Shown: positions 26,385-38,330, numbered from the whole stretch's first letter. The stretch: DNA of 61,120 nt, filler included, from Nemertoderma westbladi (GCA_032718475.1; 3 parts of 3 records of this genome joined end to end with filler, not necessarily neighbours in it); one strand, 5' to 3'. Program-made: numbers and translations. The notes: generated by a model from the sequence alone, not told the origin.

Positions 26385-26640
26385 AGGCCAATGAGAAGCG
26401 TACAGCGTAGCGAATAATGAGCCAGGCCAATCATAGGGCATAAATTATCTTATTGCTCAAATGTGAGGCAGTGGAAAATTCTGTTAGGATTCCATGTCCC
26501 AGATTTAGTGTAAGGGCCGGACTGCGTTGAACGATGAGCTGGGCCAATCATAGAGCACGAAGCACTTCATTGCTCAATGGTGAAGCTGTGGAAAATTCTG
26601 TTTAGTTTCCATGTGCAATTTCTAGTATAAAAAGGCCGGT
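26385..26640 (+). promoter_or_regulatory. CCAAT/TATA Pol II promoter module in two diverged tandem copies
   Basis: GGCCAAT at ~26386, 26426 and 26542; GTGGAAAATTCTGTT in both copies; TAGTATAAAAAGGCCGG ends the second copy. Confidence 0.45.
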
Positions 26641-28405
26641 TTGCCTTCGGTTATCACCTTATATTATGTCACTTCTTACCACTTTGTAAAACTCTTACTT
26701 TTGTAAAATTAGTTTATTCGGTTTCTTGTTGAAACTTCGTTTGATAAATCCTTTTGTAAAACTGTAAATATACTGCAATTTCCTGACATGTTTTCTTTTG
26801 GTCCGACTTCGGGACAGCCGAACACCAGGGAGATGGCAGCCTAGATCGTTAGGCCGTAAGCAACGCAGGGAAGGGATGTCCACAACACGCTAGCGCCCAC
26901 ATTTGGATTGACCGCGCACCCCCTTTGCCCTTCGAAATACTCCACTTGCTATGCAGCGCCCGCTTTGTGAGAAGGTAAGACTTTGTTCGACGCCCTTGCC
27001 CGCCGTAAGACCTATAGATCAGGGTAAGCGTGACACCGCACTGGACGCCGCAAATTTAGGATCAAATAATTATATCCAGACACCCCCCCCCTTCTTGTCA
27101 GTCCTACGAACCCCTGGGTTAACCTGTACTTCCTACAGGTGCGAACTATTGCCATTCGTCAGTACGCGAGTACACATTAGGTACGGACAGCATACGTTCC
27201 ATAATTTAGTGATTCATAGCACTGACTGTTTGGTACCGGTTCGCTTTGTAGAACGTACATTAGTACCCCCCCCCCCCCCCCCCCCCTTGTCTGGAGTTAG
27301 CTATTTGATCAGGCAAGGAGCATTTCTGCTACCGGCACACTGCTTGGCCTAGGGAGGTTTATTAATATCCTACCGCGCCTTGCCACGTACTGATAGGTAT
27401 TGCTGCTAACTACCGCAGCAACAAAGTTCTAGAATTAAATTAGTATACCAGATCAGCTAACGTACGGTAGCGATTAACCCCTATTCTTATCTTACAACCA
27501 GAATCTGGTATTAGTGCCGATCACGGGTGTAGTTACTAACACTGTGGTTGCCCATTGGGTTGTGGATAGGAAGGAGAGAGCTTTGACGTCATTCGTGAGT
27601 ATAAAGTTCTACAAACGCGACTAGTTTATTTTAGTAGCTAGCGCACGGTATCATTTTAGTCAGAAAATCACTAAAACCTAGTAAAGGAATTACACGAAAT
27701 TGTTTTATTTGTAACACACCCACACACACACGCCCTAAAACATATTGCCCTTAAAGTTCTACTAGCTATAGCGTACTATACATTACTTTAGGTGGAAATT
27801 ATCTGTATTTGTAAAATTAGGATCTGATTTAGTTGCGGCAAAATAAGGAGTATTTCACTTTCGTTATTAAACTGTTGTTTGTCTGGACAACGGTATTGTT
27901 ACATTTAGGCCTGACCTTTTAGACTGATTTCGTACAGGGGGATCAGTTATTGTTACATTTAGGCACGACCCCTTTTCGACTGATTTAGGACTGTCAGTGT
28001 TGTTACGCTAGGTCTGTTAACCCACTAGCTCGTATATAAACCATATAAATCACACCGCGGCAAGTTACTGTATTTAGGACTGTCAGTGATAGTTAGGATT
28101 CGCTGCGCGGGGATTGTTTTCCCGTGAGTTTGGTCTGTTACTGTAACTGTACATCTGCCTCACCGGTTAGAGGACAGGTATCCTTCTGTCTAGTACGTAG
28201 GCATTCGACCCGCTCACGTACATAGAATAGATACAAGGCTCTGTTCCTCGCCAGTAGTCGTTTGTGTACTATATCTGTTTGTTTAGATATCCTGGACTGG
28301 GATTTGTTGTCAGATACTGTACAAGCCCGTATACATTACTAGAGTCTCATAGTAAGATACATCGTTACTAGGATCTGGTAAGCGGTATACTACTGGACCC
28401 TTACA

Positions 28406-28830
28406 GGTGTTATAGGTGTAACCCTTGATGTCTTCTGGGCCAATTTGCGCATTCAGGTCACCAGCAATGACTTTAACATTGTGTTTCGGGATGTCCTTAA
28501 TAAGTCCAGTCAGTTCTTCATAAAACTTGACTGCTTGTTCTGGCTCTGATGCATTGGTTGGACTGTAGCAACATATAACTGTTGTTTTGGGATTCCCATC
28601 AAATGTTGCGATCATAACCCTGGAATTTATAGATTCGATGTTGTTTAGGGTCTTAAGTGCAAATGGGCTTAGCAGAATTCCTACTCCACCAATTGATGCA
28701 TTGGCCGAGTTCTTACTGCTGAGCTTGTTACTAACGTCCATCCATTTCCAATGTCATTGTACTTCATGGCAGTGTCTTCATGACAAATCCGATGTTCTTG
28801 GATGCAGATGATGTCGATGTTATATTCCAT
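28406..28830 (-). mobile_element. RTE-type APE endonuclease fragment
   Basis: NASIGGVGILLS, TTVICCYSPTN, FYEEL..IPKHNVKVIAGDLNAQIG (ORF 28310-28741). Confidence 0.85.
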
Positions 28831-29821
28831 TGCCAGAGCGACCATGTCACCCTGTTTGCTCTGTGCTTTCTTAGATATTTAAGAGTATATTTAAATTTAT
28901 TTAAATATAAAAAACAATATGCAAAATACAGTAGTGTAGGCCTAAAAGCCGTTTTGACTAAAACTATTAAATTTATAGAGCCAATCAATATGTTATATAT
29001 TTTTTGTCTGATGCATCATGTCTCGGTCTCTTTTGTCCTGCTAAATTTCAGCTGAGGCTATATTTTGTACCAAAACAAAAAATAATAGAAAATAGGAGAC
29101 AAAATAATGACAAAAGCAGACAGACAGACAACATAGTCTAATTAATTTATTATTACTAATTATTATATATAGTATATCTTCGCTCACATTTGAGTAATGG
29201 TGTAGGCGTAATATATCTAATGAAATAAATACACACATTTGTTGGTCCAAAAAGATACTAAAAGAACTCAAACTAACCAATAGATTTTGGCCAATAGATT
29301 TTGACTCACTCTACTCTAGGACCAAATTTGCCAGCAGTGGATCTATATTGTCATTTTGAACAGATTTTGTCCACCTTGCTTTGTTGTTTTGTTGCTTTGT
29401 TGCTTGTCCTTGAATATATTCTTAATTTCATTCAGTCAAAGTTAATTCTAATTAATATGATTAGGATGGAAGGTCATATTTGACCAGTTTTATCGCCATA
29501 ACAAACTGTTTTGTTTTTTAATATGTTCTGCATATTTTTATAACTTGTAATACAAGATACTAAAAAGTTTTATTCTCTAGGTACTTACTATCAGACTAAA
29601 TAGGCATTTCCAGGTTTTTTATTGGAATTTCCAAAGAAACCCTGAAAACCAGGTTTGGGTGTCCCTTCGGATATTAATAAATAAGTCGGTTGTGGACCTA
29701 GAAGATCTTTGTAAAGATAATGTATTGTGGTTGAGCTGTTCATGCAACTGTAATTAAAGATGTAATATTATGGTTTTGTTCAGAAATGGAAAAAATGAGA
29801 AAGCAACTCAAGACTGCCTGT

Positions 29822-29902
29822 TCAATATAATAATAATAATAATAATATATATTTATTTATATAGCGCCAAATTTACATCATTTACGTACTCTAAGGCGCT
29901 GA
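29822..29902 (-). mobile_element. L2-type 3' tail
   Basis: Reverse complement reads CAGCGCCTTAGAGTACGTAAATGATGTAAATTTGGCGCTATATAAATAAA...(TAT)n; the same tail occurs at 45770-45840 on +. Confidence 0.65.
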
Positions 29903-30194
29903 AAAACACATAGTACACAGTAATTAATAGTTCGTGACTGCAATGGCAATAGTTATGAAATAAAAATCAACTAAATTAATGTAGTAATTAAAAACCAACA
30001 ATAAAAACATCATAAAATATAGTAAAAACAAACAATAAAAACGATCATCGTAAATATAGTAGCATAAAGTAAAAAACAAACAATAAAAAAACGATCTTCG
30101 CAAGCATTCCAGTGCGGGTTAAGTTAAAAAGTAATTAATGGCAGAATAGAATATAATGGCAGTGATAATGTAAGTGGATTAGGTGGGAGTGTGA

Positions 30195-30302
30195 GTGTCA
30201 GGGGCTAGTGGTTGAGCTGGTTAGCGCAACTGGTGAGGCCTGATAGGTCGAAACGTACGAATAGCGCTGGTTCAACCCCCGGTGACGCGCTTTCTCATTT
30301 TT
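30195..30302 (+). ncRNA. Pol III-like panhandle RNA containing a degenerate type I hammerhead ribozyme fold
   Basis: A-box-like TGGTTGAGCTGG, B-box-like GGTTCAACCC, TTTTT at 30298; core CTGGTGA-[GGCCT gat AGGTC]-GAAA-CGTACG-AA with stem I TAGCGCAA/TAGCGCTG. Two core deviations. Confidence 0.5.
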
Positions 30303-30519
30303 TCCATTACTGAACAAAACCATACTATTACATCTTTAAAGATTATGTATGAGATTAAATTACTACATCTGCTATTCCGTTGTCAATTTGTCAAAATTTT
30401 AAACCTATTGTATTATGTAGAACACGTACATGGGGACTTCCCGCACACGTAATTCCAGATGGGCTTTTGCGTAGAGTCATTCGCCCCCTTGCGGTCGACA
30501 GATGAACTATAGAAGTCTC

Positions 30520-30522
30520 TGT

Positions 30523-30556
<34 letters not shown>

Positions 30557-30585
30557 GGTGTGTGTGTGTGTGTGTGTGTGTGTGT
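30520..30585. repeat. (TG)n microsatellite
   Basis: Directly visible, interrupted by GGGG. Confidence 0.95.
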
Positions 30586-33500
30586 AGGATTTCTAAACTT
30601 TTTATAGACTACAGGTGTACTAAGTTTGGTACCATTTCACCAAAGATTGACTGACTTAGTAGCGTTCAAACATTTTATACAACGACGACAGACGGGTCCA
30701 CTAATTATACCATTACGCTAAGGCTCACCTGGACTTCGTGGCTCGCCCCACACTACCAGCTTTCTAAGGAATAAACTGCAAATTGTACATTTACTGAGTT
30801 TCCATTTCATCGCAACTAATCGCCACTTAAACCAACATCTAAGATAGAATAGGCCAAGTGGTTTTAAGAAGATCCAATGAATCTTAACAGAACATATTAA
30901 CTTTATTTTCTTTCACATGATAAAAATGGAAAAAGCATGATTTTAAGAATATGGCTTTTTTATTTTAAATTTATTATCAGAAAAAAAATATAAATAGTGA
31001 TCGTCGCAAGATCCTAAGCCGAATAAAGTCACCCCACCCCGTTCCGGGTTAGCAGTTCTGAATTTTTATTGGAAGAAAAGTAACCATTCCGAGTCAATGA
31101 TTGAATGGCTAGTTCAACAATTTCAAAGCAACAAAAACAAACCCGATTCATTGAACATTTCGTACCTCTTAAACAGTCGTTTCAAGCTAATCAAATGATG
31201 TAACTGAGCGAGATAATTAATTTCGCGACTGTGTTTGAGGCTTAAATAAATCTTTTGGGATGTGTGTGGGCCTGTGTGCCTCGTCCCGCTTGTGTTTGAC
31301 TGTGTTTGACTGTGTGCCTATTTTAGTAACATCCCTAATCAACGGTTTTCGCCCTGCAGCCATTAATTGGATAGGTGTTTGCTAGCGTGGACAGCGCCTG
31401 AACTAAAAAATATTATTAATTAAAGCATAAACAATATATATTATTAAATATAGAATCGCATTACATTGTAGAAAAATAGAGTTAGAAAAAAGCGTAATAA
31501 AAATTCTACCCTATTCTAGCGCCACGGTTTATATCCTACCGGCTGTCTGACTGAAATGGTCGCACTCGCACCGTTGGGGGCCTAACATCATCGTATATCC
31601 GGTACCTCTACCATTTCGAATCGACAGCTCAAGTCTTCCTTCGTTACATTCATTCACCTTCGTCCATTATCACGCGAATAACTTCTTTCGCCGCAAGTTA
31701 GGCTCCCATATTTTACATAAAAAAAACATACATAGACCAAAAAATAGAAAATAAATACAAATTACAGAAAACCATTACAGTAACGGTAGTATAACGAAGA
31801 GATCATGCACGAAAAACCGAGCGGATTAAATCTCCACGTTTAAACTTTGTAAATAATAAATTATTGTTAAATACGTTTGTTCATTCACACATGGAATAAT
31901 AAAATTTAGACACTTTGAATAAAATATCAAATTTTAAGTAAAAGGCACAATAACATAAATTAGCACCCAAATAACATCATATAATAATTTTATTTCATTA
32001 GAAACTTTACAGATTCCATTACAGTACTCCTCCACTGCCATTAATTAAAATTAAAGCACAAAATATATCACCTTATAGGGTGATAAAGTAACCAATGAAA
32101 ATTCAACACGTATATTTTTACATTTATTTTCCATATTTGCCCTTCCATTATAATGGATTTAATCATTAATTAGGAATAATTAAACTTTGAATAAAACAAC
32201 ATACGAATAGTGCAGTATTGTATCCCGCACATAACTAGTGTGGGATATTTATTAAATATTATAACAATAATTAATTAATTACAACAATTACACTTACCGT
32301 CTTAATAAATATACTGTTAAATATGCATTATTGTGTGAGTTATTTGATTGTTAGACATTTTGTTTGATACTGTAAAAATGCATTCTGATGTAGAATAGTA
32401 TATAATGTAGTAGTGGGGCAAACAATATTCCAACCAATTTAAACTCTAAAATTATACGATTAACTAAAAACAGCACTTGATAAATAACATATACTAAAAA
32501 CACCATTACATTAAATAATAAATACAGTAGAATCCAAATTATCGTAAAAAAATTACAATAAAATATATATTATAAGCCCTAAACTTTAGATTGTAATTTT
32601 CTAAAAGTATGACTCATTATTTGCCTATAAAATCACATTAATTTCAAACAAAACCAACCACACTGGAAGCAAAATGATATTGAAACGAAACTTACAGATT
32701 AACGAATAGGAATAATAATGGAATAATAGCAACATTTCAGACGAAAATATTGATTTGGGTGAGATTCTTGGATAACGGTACATAAGGTAGGCCTAATAGT
32801 GATAGAAAAGGGAAGGATTGAATTTATTTGGATTTTAATTGTGTCTAACAACTATATGTAGTTTCATATTATTATTACTAAGCCCATCGGATCTGAGTCA
32901 CACAGTGCATATAAAATGACAGATAATATAAAATAGACTAACGGAGAAAAATTCTTAGTGAACTGGCACATTAAACTACACCATGAGAGAATCAGCAATA
33001 AACAAAACAGTAAACCCAAACAGTTCAACTGAACCGTGGGTGTTTAGAGTAGGGCTGACTTGGGTTTCCGTTGTGTTTTGTATTTGTCATGTATATATTA
33101 GGATGTAGTTATAGCGCACCATTTCTGTAGCTTTTTAGCTGTTATTATTTTGTATTACTATTTGGCCTGTTATACTTATTACTGACGATGGGTTTAGTAC
33201 AAACAATATTGAGTGGCCCCGCATTGTAATTAGCACCATTTCGGTGAAGACCTAAATAAATAATAATTAATGAAATAATAATTAGTACAATTAAATTAAC
33301 CTAAACTCTACTTTTCAGAAGTTATGTAATTAAGAATCGTCCAAAGTTTTTTTGCCCTCCAGTTGGGTGTTCCTCCTATTTGTGTACGGAAGGAATACAG
33401 ATATACCGGGGTGTAATGAGAGAAAGGAAGATAGAGAGACAGAGGGTACCGAGAATGAAGGCAAGGATAAAAGAATATTAATATGTAGGTTGTATTGTGT

Positions 33501-34376
33501 TAATTCATTATATGGCCCTCATGAAGAATGCGATACAATAACACCATTCCTGAAATTATAAGAAATGTGAGTGAAGGTAGAAAATATATAACAATGTATA
33601 CATTGTAACAAATATTTCTACGAAAAAAAAACAAAAAAAAACATTATTTACCTCAAAATTTCATTTCTTATTAACAAAAAACTGATTTTTTAATGTTTTT
33701 CAGAAATGCAAACGACAAATCATATTGTTTTCATCTTTTAGCATTACTCCATATACCTGAGTGGGTTGTTCCGCATCAGGAATTTTTTCGCGCAGAGATG
33801 GAACAACCCACACCATTATTCCCATGATTTTGGAACTATACCATTCGCATTGTGGGAGTTGTTTTACCTCTAATAATTTACAATATTAACGTTGTGTGAG
33901 CTGTTCTGGTAGGCGTGGGGGGGGGGGGGGGGGAGTTATCTAGGTTTCTTTCTGTTTAGCCTAAATAATTTATAATATTCTTATACTTACAGAATAGGAA
34001 TTAAACAGATTTCACAATGATCCACAAATAATGTAATTAATATCAGCTGTCAATCAAATGTATTTCCTCCATCATCGACTCCCATAGATCCGCGGCCCTC
34101 GGTGACGTCACACCAACGATAGATCGTCTGTTTCTAGAGAAAATCTGTGACGACCTAAACAATACAGCATTTCGTTTGAAATCGAATTTAATTATTTCAA
34201 CAAAATATTTTCATATTAATTCCCTCATTAATTCACCCTGGTTGAAGAAGCTACTGTAGTAATGGTCATAAGATATAAAATAAAAATAATTTAATTATTT
34301 GGGAGTCGTTTTGGATTTAGAAAATTAATATTATAAATGAAAATCAACATTGAATATCAATGAATTGCTTTTAGGT

Positions 34377-34582
34377 CTAGAACGTAGTGAGTCGTACTAA
34401 CATTGGACATGATGGTTCTTCACAGAACATCCGCATTTGATTGTAACTGCAATCTCTATGGCAACACGTCGTCGAGATATCCAATACCGCCGAAGTGCTG
34501 CGACGCCTCCGCAGTTCGGTCGGGGTATTGTTGTATGTCGAATCGTCCAATATTCCCGAACCTACCACCTCTCGAATCGACC
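34377..34582 (-). CDS. Insulin-like peptide, last coding exon (C-peptide, RRRR cleavage site, A chain)
   Basis: Acceptor TTTTTTAG| at 34583-34584, phase 1; RRRR-STSAVLDISTT-CC-x3-C-x8-C-EEPSC; stop at 34377-34379. Confidence 0.92.
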
Positions 34583-35105
34583 CTAAAAAATGTTAAAAAA
34601 AACCAGAATAATAATACGAGGTGTATATGTTTAATTAATATATTAAAACAACTTAGTCTTTAGTTAATGAGTTAAAAAATAAGAAACAAAAAATGTATAA
34701 CTATTAGTCTACATTTTTAAACTGACACATAATTCGCGCAAAATATTTGATATATACGAAGTTATATTTAATTACAGTCAATATATTTTAGACCACAAAA
34801 AAAAGTAAAAGCAATCATATAAACTCGACGAATAATTTTTTGAGGCGCGATTTCCGGCGAGCCCTAAGGTAACATTATCCTAGCAGTGAACCGTCTAGCG
34901 TTGTTTTAATGTCGAAAATGTTTCAAAGACTATAACTATTTGATTTGTCTCAATAATTGATAAAGTGAACAAAATTTGAGAGGAGTTTCGCAGAGTACAA
35001 GAGATTGCATCTCATGCTGTAAGGGTCCAGGAACCTTTATGTCACTACGTGTGCTCCACCTACTTACTTAAAATAAACAACTAGGTACAACAACAAATTT
35101 TTTAC

Positions 35106-35325
35106 CTGCAGTTGTTGATGCTATTCCACCGCAGCACTGGCAGACATGGAAGACTTTGCTAGTGAGGGCATGGCCGCAGTAGCGAGCTGCGGGGGCGTAT
35201 CTCGACGGTTCCCTCAAACAAGTCAACCCGTCGGACGTCAACTGCGGGATATTAGTGGCTCGGCTCGGCGCAGAGGCGATAAGAACCAGTGTGAGGAGGA
35301 AAAGGTTCGCGGTATTCAATGCCAT
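35106..35325 (-). CDS. Insulin-like peptide, first coding exon (signal peptide and B chain)
   Basis: Hydrophobic signal MALNTANLFLLTLVLIASAPSRA; B-chain motif YCGHALTSKVFHVC (C-G-x2-L, C-x11-C); donor CAG|GTAAA, phase 1; acceptor TTTTTAG| 11 nt upstream of the ATG. Confidence 0.92.
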
Positions 35326-37322
35326 CGCGTGTGAAGCTAAAAACTACGAAATAACATATCATTAGTAGACCTAGGGAAATTATTGAAAATCAACATTAAA
35401 TTCTGTGTATTAATTTTAAGTTTTTAATGAACTGAAATTAAACTTAATTTGTTTTTATTCCCTGAACCATTCAGGATAATATTGTTTTGACATGATACCG
35501 GTAACATTGATAACATACATTGTCTGGTTCAGGTTCAAAGGTACCACACAACCAGCACTGAAACAAATACCATAGCCCAGACAAGGGTTTTAAGATATAA
35601 TGTAATCTTAATAAGTGCGACATATACAATACATACATCATGTAATATGACGTAATCATTACATAATCGCCCAAGTATAACAGTACACGGTGAATCTAAT
35701 TGGAGCACAACGCGACAGACAGTTCGCAAACATAAAGCAACACTAGATTTATAAGTATAAAGTATAAAGTACGAGGGATATCGATATGGTAATATATCAA
35801 ACGGAATAGGATTATACCAAGTCCATGATACTTGGTATAAGTAAACATGTACTTGGAGTGTACCAAGTACACTTCCGTCCTATTACATAACATGTAATAT
35901 ACGGATTGTGTGTGACCAGACCACGGACGTAGCGAAGTATATCGAACACAGTAACAATCAAGATTCAAGTGAAGTTTACGCCGTTAAGTAAAGTTTAATA
36001 CATTTCCACTTACCGCTTTTTCATTAAACTGAGCTGTAAATGTGACGAATTTCAAGAGTAAAAAGAAAAACCAAATACAAAAAAATAGATTGAACCCCTG
36101 GTAAAATGTTACTGGAGTACTAAGATCGATTTAAATATGAAAATAATATTAAAAGATAATATATATCGTATATATATATCTGTAAATATCCTTTGTAAAT
36201 ATAATATATAGAATATATCTGGATATTGTGGGCGTATGATAGCGTTGGGTATTTCCCAGCTATATTTACATAACTGTAGAACATAACTAAACATATGACG
36301 TAACCACAGCTATGTGAATACTGCAGTAACTACTGAATGAAATCTATATATATGTAAGCCCCATTCATAAATGTTGCATCAATTATTATTTTAACGCCCA
36401 CGGATACTACGAAAACGTACCATATGGCGTATAGATTAATAGAGAGTGGCAACGGGTCTCTTGATCCTAGGATGGTAACAGGTGGTCCAGCCCCCACAGA
36501 CACAATTATAGAGGGTTAGGGACTGGTCCCAAAGATCCATGGAATTTTTATTGCACAAAACTATAATATTTCGACCAATAATATTCATTTGCTAAATATT
36601 ATTGGTCTGGATCTTCGATTGTTATGGAATAGGCCTACTCCCCGAACTTGTTGAACTAAATTCCCTTAATTACTTGAATAGGGTATGGGTTGGGAAATTT
36701 TACTTTATTTAGTATTACCAAAAAGGAGAGTAGGGTATGAACCAACATAACAATAAAATTACTGTACGATGTTGTATTGTTTTGCGGTTTTTGATGGCCC
36801 CATTTTTACCTGTTTATTTTATATAAAATATACAATAGCCCCCTGTTAGTCAGTATGTCGACCTTTAATTATCATTTCATGAATTAGAGCGGAGTCAGAC
36901 ATGTCACACTGTTGATCCTTTAAAAGTTTAAATAGAAAGCCGCCTGCACTTTAGCTCAGAACTCTGCCTCATAAGTCATAGCGCAATAACAATTTTGTGT
37001 AACTTGATGAACATTAGGGTAGAGTCATTAGATCATTTAATTTTAATTGTATCAATAGCTATTTTTGTAGACCTTTGTCTCAGGAAATAGTGAAAAATTT
37101 GCAATTATTCTACAATTACGTTTACGTAAAACATAAGCAAGGGCGGATCCGGATAAACGTGGGAGGGGGTCTAGGTGGCTGAAACCCCCTCCGGAATTGT
37201 TGACCATCTTTGTAAATTTCACAGGTACACGTGTCAACACTAAGCAACAGTCATATCATGTTTTATTTCTGTAATAATAGAATAGCACTATTCTTCACCG
37301 TTCAGATGTTATTACCTCTAGC

Positions 37323-37759
37323 TCTGCTTTCGCCGTGAGGACCAGCCAGTGCATAATCGCACTGGCAGAAATTTCGCACTGTTGTGTCCCTAGGCAAGAC
37401 ACTTTAGACATTAGTGCCTACGTCAACCCAGCGGTATAATGGGAACCTGGCTTTGCTGGGGTAATGATAATAAAAGCGCTTTGAGTATGCTGAGCGTAGA
37501 AAAGCGCTATATAAATAACCAATATTATTATTTATTATTATAATCTTGTACTTTGGCAGCCTCATGGAGTGAATAAGCATGGTGGACTGGACAGCCCATG
37601 ACTTTCTTGAGACGCATCTTAAAGGACACTGGCCTTGAAGATGCGGATGATCTAGCAAATGACATGGGTGATAGGGAGTTGTGGCGGTGCAATTTTGTCG
37701 ATAAGCCGGCACAGCATTCTTAAAAATGCAGCTGCAATGCAGCATGCCTATCCTAGTAG
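37323..37759 (+). mobile_element. RTE 3' fragment with 10-bp TSD, split by a SINE
   Basis: Matches the RTE 3' end and TAGTAG tail; TACCTCTAGC at 37313-37322 and 37760-37769. Confidence 0.85.
37359..37539 (+). mobile_element. 5'-truncated CORE-like SINE with L2-type tail
   Basis: TGTGTCCCTAGGCAAGACACTT...ACCCAGCGGTATAATGGG core; AAGCGCTTTGAG...AAGCGCTATATAAAT-(TAT)n tail; ATAATC duplicated at 37353-37358 and 37540-37545. Confidence 0.7.
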
Positions 37760-37979
37760 TACCTCTAGCAGACAGTATGCCAGTTACTAACCTCCCAGCA
37801 CCAAAAGCTAGATCATGTAACCCTAGGGTTTTTCGAAAATTGATATGCTAAATCCGTGATATAATACTTAAATAAAAAATGGTTGGCCTCTCCAAAATGT
37901 AGGCCTCTCCCAAAATAAATTAATGGATCCTCGCCTGAACGTAAGAGTAATAATAATTTATTAGTACAGATGAACTTAC

Positions 37980-38118
37980 CTTATAGAAGAAAAATAAATT
38001 AAAATTGATAATCCAGTTAAAACAGAATGAATGAGCGATAAGATAGAGTTACTAAATACATACAGTAAACGGTTACTTGGTTACAAATTAATCTAAAACA
38101 TTGAAACAAACGAGGAAT
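37980..38118 (-). other. Predicted non-coding first exon of the insulin-like gene
   Basis: Starts at Inr TCATTC (A at 38118), ends at consensus donor AAG|GTAAGT; inferred to splice to the acceptor at 35336. Confidence 0.6.
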
Positions 38119-38330
38119 GACCCCGTAACGTTGTCTATCATTTATATATAGTTAATCAGCTGAGAGACATGTTGCATCCACTGGGGTATACCGTGAACGG
38201 ATGTGGGCGGATAACTCGATATCATTGGTTAATATACTCAGGGAAGCCCTTATCCCATTGGTTGTTCTGTGGTTCCTTCCATATCAGAGTTTGCTCAGTC
38301 TATGAATCATAACCTACTACGTCACAGGGG
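38115..38330 (-). promoter_or_regulatory. TATA-Inr core promoter with E-box, GC box, CCAAT boxes and CRE-like site
   Basis: TATATAAA starting at 38148, 30 nt upstream of the Inr A; CAGCTG ~38157; GGGCGG 38205; CCAAT ~38228 and ~38261; TGACGTAG ~38324. Confidence 0.65.

Larger units (their letters stand above)
25017..28405 (+). mobile_element. Probable long LTR / 3' portion of an LTR retrotransposon, left end lost in the gap
   Basis: Sharp right end ...GGACCCTTACA (28405) cutting an RTE endonuclease fragment; CCAAT boxes and TATAAAA (~26626) in a duplicated ~117-bp unit; internal tandem duplications. No gag/pol motif seen. Confidence 0.45.
37138..37937. mobile_element. hAT-type MITE in intron 1 of the insulin-like gene
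   Basis: Termini CAAGGGCGGATCC / GGATCCTCGCCTG; 8-bp TSD AACATAAG (37130-37137) / AACGTAAG (37938-37945). Confidence 0.65.

Noticed and set aside
33181-33260. CTGACGATGGG...AAAC as another hammerhead
   Set aside because: No GAAA core after a stem II and no stem I/III pairing.
28393-35030. 13-bp match TGTAAGGGTCCAG at 35018 to the reverse complement of the putative LTR end at 28393-28405
   Set aside because: The two face outward, so they cannot bound an element between them, and similarity stops after 13 nt.
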